Origin: Octopus sinensis
Taxonomy: Eukaryota
Assembly (NCBI RefSeq): GCF_006345805.1
Contig: NC_043014.1
Coordinates: forward strand, 15,996,001 to 16,060,000
Direction: 5' to 3'
Length of the DNA: 64,000 nucleotides
Shown piece after piece: positions 1-12,078 of the stretch. Numbering within the stretch: position 1 is the first letter of the stretch; every line of letters starts with the position of its first letter. The translations under genes and the position numbers were made by a program. Under the pieces are notes generated by a model. It made no database searches. It was not told the DNA's origin and was given only the letters and a program-made list of their open reading frames with translations.

Positions 1-1399
1 TTAGATACCAAAAAGGCTAGATATAAAGCAAAACAAACCACTTCTTTCCTCCAAAGTTGCCCAACATTTGCAGATGTCCAAACGCATGTCCACAGTAGCT
101 ACCATAATAATCATCAGTTGAATTCCATCGCAAATATTCCATCCAAGGTTGTCACCAGTTGGCTGTCAATTGCAGATGTCATCCACATCTACAGAGAAAA
201 AAATACACAAAGAAAAACTCACCCCTTCTTTCAGCCTCACGATTCAACAATGATGAGCCACATTCTCTTCAACATATAAAGCTATCTCAAAGTTCACAAA
301 TCATCATGCTTCACAATGTCCTATCAAAGTTGCCAGTCTCCATCAGATGTGCTAAAGTTGCCATCCATCTCCAAATGTTCAAGACTTGCTATCAGTCTCC
401 AAATGTTCAATCAGTCAACACCACTCTCCAGATGAAACACCATAGTTGCCATTTCTTCCTTGTCCAACTTATTAAATATGAAAATGTCTGAAAACAAAAC
501 AAAAGAAACCACTTCTTTCTTCCTAATTTACCAAGTCTTGTTGACATTTGTAGATGATCAAGTCAGGGCAGTAATAACTTTGGTAAGAATTAGTTGCATT
601 CCATTAGATATTCTACTGGTCCACACTAGCTTCCTCCAATTCATCATGGATCTTCTATCACATAGTTATCACAAGTTGGTTGTCAATTGTAGATGTGATC
701 CTTATCTGCAACAGAAAATATCTCAAAAGCAAATCTCACCTCTTCTTTCAATCTAATTGGTGATGAGCAAGTCTCTTCGATACATGAAGCTGTTCCAGAA
801 GTCCAGATCTTTATGTCTCACAGTAGTCACCTCTAAGCTATGCAGTTATTCTTTTCTAAGCAGCTCTAATTAGGTATGCAAACCTGTCACCAGAATCCAT
901 TAGTTGCTCTGCCAGTTGATACCAGTCTGTCATATGCTCCATCTCTGTTGTATCCAGTGTCCATCAGATGGTTTGTCACCATTTCCATTAATTGTTCCAC
1001 TACAACTTCCGATATCTATTAGACGCTCCTCCACTGATGCCATTGGTAATCTGATGTTCCATCACAGTTGCCATCAATTTGCAGATGCTCCATCACTCTT
1101 CTTCACAGATACCACCAGCTTCTTGTCTGATTCATTAGGTATTGAAAAGCCTGAAAATGAAGGAAAATAAGCGACCTCTTTCCTCCTAAGTTATTGGTCC
1201 TTTCAAAATTTGATGTCATCCTCATTTGCAAACGAAAATACTTGAAAAAAGAAAGTGATCAGTTTCCAGATGTTACATCACGGTTGGTACCCATCTCTAG
1301 ACATTACATCATGGTGGCCACCAGTCTCCATAAGATTCTATTACAATTGCCACCAGTGCCCATCAGATGATTCTATTAGTTGCCACCAGTCACTATCAT

Positions 1400-1545
1400 A
1401 TGCTCCATCAGTTGCTACCAGTCACATCAGATGCTCCATCAGTTGCTACCAGTCACCATCAGCTGCTACATCTGTTGCTACCAGTCACCATCAGATGCTC
1501 CATCTGTTGCTACCATTCACCAGTCACCATCAGATGTTCCATCAC
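1400..1545. repeat. 32-bp minisatellite, short version (~4-5 degenerate units)
   Basis: ATGCTCCATCTGTTGCTACCAGTCACCATCAG-type units. Confidence 0.85.
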
Positions 1546-3754
1546 AGTTGCTCCCCATCTCCATCAATTGTTCAAAAGATGCATCCAGTTTGTCTCACCA
1601 ATCTACGTAAACAAAATAGCATGAACACGAAAGTAAGCAAACCACTTCTTGCCACCAAACTCATCAGTTCTGGTTGTAATCCGGACTTGCATTCCATCAA
1701 AATTGCTAACAGCCTTCTCTACCAATTTCCAGTTAATAATATTCTATTAGCATGTACCATCTTCTATTGTATTATCCATCAGACTATTTTCGTCATGAAG
1801 ATTCCATCGGAGTCACCACCAATGTCACAAATCTTCCATCATACAGCTGTCTCCAGTTAGTTGTCAATTACAGTTGTTATCCTTTTCTGCAAAAGAAAAC
1901 CTCAGAAAAGAAAAACTCACTCATCATTCAGCCTCACAAATCAGCAATTGAGCCATAGTTTCGACAATACACAAAGTTGCTTCAGACACTCAAATCATCA
2001 TCCACCATCAAATTTCACTGTAAGCATCGGTGAGGTACTTGGGAGTTTCTCTTGTGTTACCAATCACTCATCAACCGTCAAATACTGGACAAATGAAAAT
2101 AGGCCTGAAATTCAAGCAAAATGTACCTCCACTTCTATCATGAGCTTGGCAATATCACCGTTTGCACAATCCATTACAGCTGTCACTAATGTTCCACGAT
2201 TTTCTGTTAGACATTCTATCTAGCAGCTTCCAAAGATTCCAGTAGATGTTCCGTCAGTTGCCAAAAGTTTCCATTAGATGCTCCACCAGATACCAGTTTT
2301 CACCTAGAAGTTATGAAGTCGTCGCAAGTCTCGTTTGATGTATTAGATACCAAAAAGCCTAGGAATGAAGCAAAAACAACCACTTCTTTCCTCCAAAGTT
2401 GCCAGTCAACATTTGCAGATGTTCAAACGCATGTTCACAGTAGCTACTACATAATAATCATCAGTTGAATTCCATCGCAAATATTCCATCCAAAGTTGTC
2501 ACCAGTTGGCTGTCAATTGCAGATGTCATCCACATCTACAGAGAAAAAAATACACAAAGAAAAACTCACCCCTTCTTTCAGCCTCACGATTCACAATGAT
2601 GAGCCACATTCTCTTCAACATATAAAGCTATCTCAAAGTTCACAAATCATGCTTCACAATGTCCTATCAAAGTTACCAGTCTCCATCAGATGTGCTAAAG
2701 TTGCGATCCATCTCCAATGTTCAAGACTTGCCATCAGTCTCCAAATGTTCAGTCAACACTACCCTCCAGATGATCCACCATAGTTGCCATTTCTTCCTTG
2801 TCCAACTTATTAAAGATGAAAATGTCTGAAAACAAAAGAAAAGAAACCACTTCTTTCTTCCTAATGTACCAGTCTTGTTGACATTTGTAGATGATCAAGT
2901 CAGGGCAGTAATAACTTTGGTAAGAATTAGTTGCATTCCATCACAAGGGCAAGCAGATTTCATTAGATATTCTACTGGTCCACACTAGCTTCCTCCAATT
3001 CATCATGTATCTTCTATCACATAGTTATCACAAGTTGGTTGTCAATTGTAGATGTGATCCTTATCTGCAACAGAAAATATCTCAAAAGCAAAACTCACCT
3101 CTTTTTTCAATCTAAGTAATTGGTGATGAGGCAGTCTCTTCGATACATGAAGCTGTTCCAGAAGTCCAGATCATTTTGCCTCATGGTAGTCACCTCTAAG
3201 CTATGCAGTGATTCCTTTCTAAGCAGTTCTAGGCATTCAGACCTGTCACCAGAATCCATTAGTTGCTCTGCCAGCCGATACCAGTCTGTCATATGCTCCA
3301 TCTCTGTTGTATCCAGTGTCCATCAGATGGTTTGTCACCATTTCCATTACTTGTTCCACTACAACTTCCGATATCTATTAGATCTACCCACACACTCACT
3401 CCCATTGGTAATCTTATGTTCCATCAATTTGCATATGCTCGATCACAGCAGCCATCACTCTTCTTCACAGATACCACCAGCTTCTTGTCTGATTCATTAG
3501 GTATTGAAAAGCCTGAAAATGAAGTAAAATGAGCTACCTCTTTCCTCCTAAGTTATTGGTCCTTTCAAAATTTGATGTTATCTGATTTGCAAACGAAAAT
3601 ACTTGAAAAGAGAAAGTTCAGTCTCCAGATATTACATCACGGTTGCCACCAGTCTCCATAAGGTTCTATTACAATTGCCACCAGTGCCCATCAGATGATT
3701 CTATTACAGTTGCCACCAGTCACTATCATATGCTCCATCAGTTGTACCAGTCAC

Positions 3755-4025
3755 CATCGGATGCTCCATCTGTTGCTACCAGTCACCATGAGATGCTCCA
3801 TCTGTTGCTACCAGTCACCATTGGATGCTCCATCTGTTGCTACCAGTCACCATGAGATGCTCCATCTGTTGCTACCAGTCACCATGAGATGCTCCATCTG
3901 TTGCTACCAGTCACCATGAGATGCTCCATCTGTTCCTACCAGTCACCATCAGATGCTCCATCTGTTGCTACCAGTCACCATCAGATGCTCCATCTGTTGC
4001 TACCAGTCACCATCAGATGTTCCAT
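3755..4025. repeat. 32-bp minisatellite, expanded version (~8 units)
   Basis: Near-perfect tandem ATGCTCCATCTGTTGCTACCAGTCACCAT(G/C)AG. Confidence 0.93.
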
Positions 4026-7000
4026 CACAGTTGCTCCCCATCTCCATCAAATGTTCAAAAGATGCATCCAGTTTGTCTCACCAATTACGTAAACAAAATA
4101 GCATGAACATGAAAGTAAGCGAACCACTTCTTGCCACCAAACTCATCAGTTCTGGTTGTAATCTGGACTTGCATTCCATCAAAATTGCTAACAGCCTTTT
4201 CTACCAATTTCCAGTTAATAAATATTCTATTAGCATGTACCATCTTCTATTGTATTATCCATCAGACTATTTTCTTCATGAAGATTCCATCTGAGTCACC
4301 ACCAATGTCACAAATCTTCCATCATACAGCTGTCTCCAGTTAGTTGTCAATTACAGAAGTCATCTTTTTCTGCAAAAAAACCTCAGAAAAGAAAAACTCA
4401 CCTCATCATTCAGCCTCACAAATCAGCAATGATGAACCATAGTCTCTGCAATATACAAAGTTGCCTCAGACGCTCGAATCATCGGCCATCAAGTTTCATT
4501 GTAAGCATCATTGAGGCACATGGAGTTCTCTTGTGTTACCATCACTCGTCAACTGTCAATACTGGACAAAGGCGAATAGGCCTGAAATTCAAACAAAATA
4601 TACCTCCACTTCTACCATTAGCTTGGCAACATCACTCATATTGTAAATTCCATTACAGCTGTCACTAAATGTTCCATAGCTTCTCCATTTTCCGTTAGAC
4701 ATTCTATCGCAGCTACCAAAGATTCCAGAAGAATGTTCCGTCACAGTGACCACAAGTGTACATTGGATGCTGCACCAGATACCAGTCTCCAGATGCTACA
4801 TCATGGTTGCCACCAGTCTCCAGACATTACATCATGGTTGCTGACAGTTTCCATCAGACTATTCTATTGCAGTTGCCACCAGTCTATCAAATGTTCCATC
4901 ACAGTTGCCACCAGTCACCATCAGATGTTCCATTACGTTCAATCAAAATTCTCCTCATGAACATTCTACCTTAGAGTCACCACTAATATCACAAATCTTC
5001 TATCAAACTGCTGTCTCCAATTAATTGTCAATTACAGATGTTATCTTTTTCTGCAAAAGAAAACCTCAGAAAAGAAAGACTCACCTCATTCAGCCTCAAG
5101 TCAACAATGATGAGCCATAGTCTCGACAATACACAAAGTTGCTTCAGACACTCAAATCATCATCCACCATCAAATTTCACCGTAAGCATCTTTGAGGTAC
5201 TTGGTGTTTCTCTTGTGTTACCATCACTCATCAACCATCAAATACTGGACAAATGAGAATAGGCCTGAAATTCAAGCAAAATATACCTCCACTTCTATTA
5301 TGATTTTGGCAACATCACTCTTTGCACATTCCATTACAGCAGTTGCTAATGTTCCACAGCTTCTACAAAATTCTGTTAGACGTTCTATCATAGCTACCAA
5401 AGATTCTAGATGTTGTCAGTTGCTACAGGTCTCCATTAGATGCTCCACAAGATACCAGTCTATTAGAAGTTATGAAGTCCCAAAAAGCCTGGAAATAAAG
5501 CAAAACAAACCACTTCTTTCCTCCAAAGTTGCCAGTCAACATTTGCAGATGTCCAAATGCATGTTCACAGTAGCTACAATAATAATCATCAGTTGAATTC
5601 CATCGCAAATATTCCATCCAAAAGTTGTCACCAGTTGGTTGTCAATTACAGATGTCATCCACATCTACATAAAAAAAAAATACTCAAAGAAAAACTCACC
5701 CCTTCTTTCAGCCTCACGATTCAACAATGATGAGCCACATTCTCTTAACATATAAAGCTATCTCAAAGTTCACAAATCATCATGCTTCACATTGTCCTAT
5801 CAAAGTTGCCAGTCTCCATCAGATGTGCTAAAGTTGCCATCTGCCTCCAGATGTTTCAATAATACTTGATATCAGTCTCCAAATGTTCAATCAGTCAACA
5901 CCACTCTCCAGATGAAACACCATAGTTGCCATTTCTTCCTTGTCCAACTTATTAAATATGAAAATGTCTGAAAACAAAACAAAAGAAACCACTTCTTTCT
6001 TCCTAATTTACCAGTCTTGTTGATATTTGTAGATGATCAAGTCAGGGCAGTAATAACTTTGGTAAGAATTAATTGCATTCCATCACAAGTGCAAGCAGAT
6101 TTCATTAGATATTCTACTGGTCCACACTAGCTTCCTCCAATTCATCATGAATCTTCTATCACATAGTTATCACAAGTTGGTTGTCAATTGTAGATGTGAT
6201 CCTTATCTGCAACAGAAAATATCTCAAAAGCAAAACTCACCACTTCTTTCAATGTCACTAATTGGTGATGAGCAAGTCTCTTCGATACATGAAGCTGTTC
6301 CAGAAGTCCAGATCATCATCTCTCACGGTAGACACCAGTAAGCTATGCAGTGATTCCTTTCTAAGCAGTTCTAATCATTCAGACCTGTCACCAGCTGCCA
6401 TTAGTTGTTCTGCAAGTTGATACCAGTCTGTCATATGTTCCATCTCAGTTGTATTCAGTGTCTGTCAGACAGTTCATCACCATTTCCATCTATTTCTCCA
6501 CTACAATTGCTGATAACTACTAGACACTCCTGAATAGATGACATTGGTAATCTGTACCATCACAGTTGCCATCAATTTCAAGATGCTCCATCACAGTAGC
6601 CATTACTCTTCTTCACAGATACCACCAGCTTCTTGTCAGATTCTTTAGATATTGGGAAGCCTGAAAATGAAGTAAAATGACCGACCTCTTTCCATGTTAT
6701 TGGTCCTTTCAACACTTGATGTCATCCCATTTGCAAACGAAAATACTCGAAAAGAGAAAGTGATCAGTCTCCAAGTGTTACCCATCTCCAGACATTACAT
6801 CACAGTTGCCACCAGATTATCGAATGTTCCATCACAAATGCCACCAGTCATCACATGTTCCATCACAATTGCCAGTCACCATCTGATGCTCCCATCTCCA
6901 TCAAATGTTCCAGCGATGCCTCCAGTTTGTCTCACCAATTATATAAACATATTTCCAGTAAATAAGTGTTCTATTAGCAGGCACCATCTTGTACAGCATT

Positions 7001-8639
7001 ATCCACCAGAAAATTCTCATGAAGATTCAACCAAAAAGTCACCACCAACATCACAAATCTTCTATCATACAGCTGTCTCCAGTTAGTTGACAATTACAGA
7101 TAACTTTTTCTGCAAAAGAGGACCTCAGAAAAGAAAAACTCACCTCTTCAGTATCTGCAATATACAAAGTTGCCTCAGACACTCAAAACATCAGCCATCA
7201 AGTTTCATCATAAGCATCATTGAGGTACTTGGAGTTTCTCTAGTGTTACCATCATGCGTGAACCACTAAATACTGCACAAATGAGAATAAGCCTGAAATT
7301 CAAACAATTCATCTCCACCTCTATCATGAGCTTGGCAACGCCACCATTCGCACATTCCATTACAGCTATCACTAGATGTTCCAGTTTCTACCATTTTCCA
7401 TTAGACCTTTCATAGTTGTTCCTATCACAGTTGCCACAACTGTCCACTACAGATGCTAGTTTCCATTAGAAGCTCAATAGTTGTCACAAGTTTGTCTCAA
7501 GATACCAAAAATCCTGAAAATGAAGCAAAACAAACCACCACTTCCCTCTAAAGTCACCAGTCAACATTTTCAGATATTCAAACACATGCACACAATAACT
7601 TCGATAATTATTAGTTGCATTTTATCACAACTGCCACCAACCTTCATTACATGGTCCGTCTCCTTCTTGTCAATTTTCAGCAGACCATGTTCTATTTGCC
7701 AGGCGTCAGCTTACATAATACATCTCACCAGACAATTATCATCAAGATTCTAGCATGTAGTTACCATCAATTTATCACAAACATTCCATTAGGGATTTCT
7801 CGCAAGCTGGTTGTTAATTCCATGTCATCATCATGTGCAGAAAAAAATTTACTACAGAAGAAAAGCTCACCTCTCCTTTCAGTCTCATAATTCGGCAATA
7901 ATGAACTAGTCTATTCAACAAATCACTAACCATCAGGTTTCACAATAGACATCACTATGTTGAGGTTCTTTTGTACGCAACTTTCACTAGGTATTTCAGA
8001 GCAGTTACCCCAGCGTCCATCAGATGTTCTACCATGCTTGCCACCAGTTTTCATTATGTTCCATCACAGTTGCCAGTCTCCATCAGATGTGCCAAAGTTG
8101 CTATCAGCCTCCAGTTTTTCAATTACAGTTGTCATCAGTCTCCAGCCATCACTATATGTTGTCACCAGTTTGTCTTACATGTCCGATACCAAAAGGACTG
8201 AAAATGAAGCAAAACCAACCACTTCTTTCCTCCAAAGTCAACATTTGCAATAGTCCAAAGAAAGGTTCACCATAACAGTAATAATTAGTTGCATTACAAC
8301 ACAATTGCCACCAATCTCTTTTACATGTTCCCTATTTGCCAATTTCCAGTAGACTATGTTCTATTAGTAGTCATCAGCTTCCATATTATATCCACTAGAC
8401 AATTATCTTCAAGGAGATTCTACCATTTTGTCATTAGTTCATAGATAGTATATCCTCATCTGCAAAAGAAAATTTCTGAAAAGAGAAACTCACCTTTTTT
8501 TTTTCCAGTTCCAAAAATCAACATGTGTGAATCATTTCAGTTGTAAGTGGAGATTCTTTTGTTAGCTTCCCTAATGCATTCCAGAATTGTAATCAGCTTT
8601 CATAAACATTGTATCAGTTGCAACCAGTGTGAAGATGTT

Positions 8640-9650
8640 CTATGACAGTCGCCACCAGTCAGATGTTCCATCGCAGTCACCGCCAGTCTAAAAATGTTCC
8701 ATCACAGTCGCCACCAGTCTGAAGATGCTCCATCACAGTCGCCACAAGTCTGAAGATGCTCCATCGCAGTCGCCACCAGTTTGAAGTTGTTCCATTGTAG
8801 TCGCCACCTGTCTGAAGTTTTTCCATGACAGTCGCCACCAGTCTGAAGATGTTCCTCGCAGTCGTCACCAGCGTGAAGATGTTCCCTCGCAGTCGTCACC
8901 AGCGTGAAGATGTTCCCTCGCAGTCGTCACCAGTCTGAGATGTTCCATGATAGTCGTCACCAGTCTGAAGATGTTCCCTCGCAGTCGTCACCAGCGTGAA
9001 GATGTTCCATAACAGTCGTCACCAGCGTGAAGATGTACCCTCGCAGTCGTACCAGTGTGAAGATGTTCCATGACAGTCGTCACCAGCGTGAAGATGTTCC
9101 CTCGCAGTCGTCACCAGTGTGAAGATGTTCCCTCGCAGTCGTCACCAGTGTGAAGATGTTCCCTCGCAGTCGTCACCAGTGTGAAGATGTTCCATGACGG
9201 TCGTCACCAGTGTGAAGATGTTCCCTTGCAGTCGTCACCAGCGTGAAGATGTTCCATGACAGTTGTCACCAGCCTGAAGATGTTCCATGACAGTCGTCAC
9301 CAGTCTGAAGATGTTCCCTCGCAGTCGTCACCAGCGTGAAGATGTTCCATAACAGTCGTCACCAGCGTGATGATGTACCCTCGCAGTCGTTACCAGTGTG
9401 AAGATGTTCCATGACAGTCGTCACCAGCGTGAAGATGTTCCCTCGCAGTCGTCACCAGTGTGAAGATGTTCCATGACAGTCGTCACCAGCGTGAAGATGT
9501 TCCATGACAGTCGTCACCAGCGTGAAGATGTTCCCTCGCAGTCGTCACCAGTGTGAAGATGTTCCCTCGCAGTCGTCACCAGTGTGAAGATGTTCCATGA
9601 CGGTCGTCACCAGTGTGAAGATGTTCCATCACAGTAGCCACCAATTTGAA
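8640..9650. repeat. 31-bp minisatellite, ~32 units
   Basis: AGTCGTCACCAG(T/C)GTGAAGATGTTCC(CTCGC/ATGAC) in tandem; unit length not a multiple of 3. Confidence 0.95.
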
Positions 9651-11103
9651 GTTCCACCACAATTGCCACCAGTCGGACTCATTAGGCAGTACCAGCTTCC
9701 ATTGTATATCCAGTTATCCTCAAGGGGATTCCACCACATTATCATATGGTGAATTCATTTCCCCACTCACAGCCAACAATCAATGTCACTACATAATGCA
9801 GTAGAGAAACAGCTGACTAGATGCACAAGTTTCTACACCATCATGGGACATCTGGAAGAAACAAGAAAAACAGAAAGAAAAAACTCACCTTTTTTCCAAA
9901 CCAGGAATGTTCAAGAGCCTCCAGTCACTTTAGATACTTCAGGGCAGATCCATTACATTGGAAAGAAATTAGACATATCCCATAAGAACTGTTAGTCTTC
10001 AGTGGATGATGTCATTTTTCACCAGCCTCTCAACATTCCACCTGTCACTAGTTTTCATTCTTTGTCCCCCAGTTCTCATAGATCCCACCTCATATTCACA
10101 ATCAGTAGATGCAGTTTCATCTCCTCCCCTGATGTATACATTGACAATCATCGTTTCTGAACCATACAGTAAATACCTGGTGCCAAACAAATTCCCACAC
10201 CACAAAATATCTAAAAGAAAACCTGAGGAAAAAAGTAGCTATTCTTTCTATGTGATAAATCAGCAAATACAAGCCGAGTCAAATGCTTGAAGCAACTTCA
10301 TGTACAATTCATTTTGTGATGTGTAAATACTGTTAACATTACCAACTGATTTTCAAGAGAGTCAAACAAGAACCTGTAAAGGAAACTTAAGCCATAACTG
10401 GAGATACCTTCAGGGCAGTCCATCATATAATTGGTATTAAACGTCAGTCAGACCTTTATCAGCTACCATTAGATGCTCTATTAGTTTTCACCAGTCTTAT
10501 TCTTGTATCTGTGAGTGATCAGCAAGAAACCTGAAAATGAACCAAAATAAACCTCCACTTTCCACCTCTTGTCACCATTAATCAGTCACAACTTATCTCA
10601 GGGCAGGTGCATCATAATGCAGATATTGATACACCCACTCCTTTATTTGGCAAGTTATGCTATAATTTTTGTAATAGGTATTCATTAACAGAGAAGTTCC
10701 TATCCACCAATGTAGTTTCCTTAGATAATCTAAAGTTTTAAAAAAATGTAGTTCATGATTCAATCACATGGCTTACAAAAATCTCGTTTTAAATTGTGAA
10801 AATGAATTTGCCACTCCATATACCTGAAAATGAAAGATTACACCTCCACCTGTTGCTTGAAGGTATTAGTTGATCACACCTAATAGTAATTGTTAGATTA
10901 GGAAGCTACAAGTGAAGCATAGTAGTGATACCAACCATTAATCACAGATTTTAAATGTTAATTTCACGTGTATTAATCATAGCCCTCTATCATCAGGCTT
11001 TTAAAGATTCTTTTGTACATCTTAAGCTGTCCATTCCTCTTAGAATATGCTCCAGTTTTCTCTAATGTGGTGACATTGTTTTACAAAGATATAACAAAGA
11101 CCC

Positions 11104-11299
11104 AATTATGCAAATTTCTGTATAGATGTTACTGCGAAACAGGAAAAGGTAAACTTTCTTTTTGGTCTATCGTGTCAGCCAACTGTAGTGAATCATGAAA
11201 ATTATGCAAATTTCTGTATAGATGTTACTGCGAAACAGGAAAAGGTAAACTTTCTTTTTGGTCTATCGTGTCAGCCAACTGTAGTGAATCATGAAAATT
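11104..11299. repeat. Perfect 96-bp tandem duplication
   Basis: ATTATGCAAATTTCTGTATAG...GAATCATGAAA at 11105 and 11201. Confidence 0.95.
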
Positions 11300-11338
11300 C
11301 AACTGAATTTCAGTTAACACCATGTTAGATCTGCTGTG

Positions 11339-12078
11339 TCATGTATAGATGTGTTTATGTACCTGAAAATAAAAGAACCATATTCCACATGTTCATATAC
11401 CGAGTTGATCTTATACTTATATCAAACCCTCTAATTCACAAGTCTCCACTTAATACAAAATTCCAACGATGCCACCCATTGGACAATGTATTTGAAATTG
11501 CAAAAGCCATGCTTCTGATTATAAAGATATTGCACTGCACAAAACCATAAAAAAAAATTTTTTAATTCTGTAGGAGTTTGTTTGTCTACTATAGATTGTT
11601 TACATTTTTTTCCAATGTAGTTATGATCATAAATGATGCATTTTCTGTTATTGTCAATAACTGTTAGAGATGACTTGATCTTGTAAATATATATATATAA
11701 AAAATTTTCTTTTTACCTTGCATTCATATCCTTTGATACATTTGCTCCTAACCTGCTGCAAACTATCAATGATGCATTTTCTGTTATTGTCAATAACTGT
11801 TAGAGATGACTTGATCTTGTAAATATATATATAAAAAATTTTCTTTTTACCTTGTATTCATATCCTTTGATACATTTGCTCCTAACCTGCTGCAAACTAT
11901 CAATGATGTATGTATATTCATTATTAGTGTTGTCATCACCTTTTAAAAGAAAATACCAAATACCTGCAAGTGAAGGAAAAGTCTGGTGCTGCAACTTGTC
12001 AGTGCAACATTGCAATTTCTTTCCTATTTTCTCCTTTACAACAATTAATGCCAAGTGCTCTCACATACCTGAAGACAT
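11339..12078 (-). CDS. Possible spliced small ORF (~48 aa: MSSGIWYFLLKGDDNTNNEYTYIIDSLQQVRSKCIKGYEYK-VHKHIYT*)
   Basis: ATG in AACAAAATG context at 12078; exons 12078-12069, 11963-11851 and 11362-11339 joined in frame by GT-AG introns; no recognisable homology. Confidence 0.25.
11632..11908. repeat. Near-perfect 136-bp tandem duplication
   Basis: AATGATGCATTTTCTGTTATTGTC... at 11632 and 11768, one substitution seen. Confidence 0.95.

Larger units (their letters stand above)
1..10900. repeat. Higher-order tandem array: ~2-3 kb units (starts ~1, ~2343, ~5475) built from diverged ~0.4-0.7 kb monomers; continues beyond left edge
   Basis: TTAGATACCAAAAAG..AAGCAAAA..ACCACTTCTTTCCTCCAAAGTTGCC recurs at 1, 2343 and ~5480, more diverged at ~7500 and ~8185; monomer motifs CTGAAAATGAAG and GTCAATTACAG..AAAACTCACC recur throughout. 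Confidence 0.92.

Noticed and set aside
488-739. Intronic miRNA or snoRNA cluster inside array monomers
   Set aside because: By eye no consistent ~60-70 nt hairpin or C/D, H/ACA box arrangement across monomers; needs folding and small-RNA data to exclude fully.
3107-3301. Minus ORF MEHMTDWYRLAEQLMDSG.. with superficial death-domain look
   Set aside because: Only a WxRLAxxL-like word; the equivalent frame is broken in the 0.74-1.15 kb copy and upstream in-frame stops separate it from the acceptor.
159-8275. Many plus-strand ORFs (up to 201 aa) rich in S/H/Q/P/C in the array
   Set aside because: Overlapping ORFs in all three frames, 31/32-bp units not divisible by 3, frames not preserved between higher-order copies; explained by C/A-rich, stop-poor composition.
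8640-9650. CRISPR-like or coding-repeat interpretation of the 31-bp array; Chi-like ACTGGTGG in the ancestral motif
   Set aside because: No unique spacers, eukaryotic context, unit length breaks frame; the Chi resemblance is a 7/8 match with no known role in animals.
9999-10221. 74-codon open exon-like segment (GFLLDILWCGNL..KNDIIH*)
   Set aside because: No recognisable domain and no supported in-frame upstream exon; kept only as part of the array transcript hypothesis.
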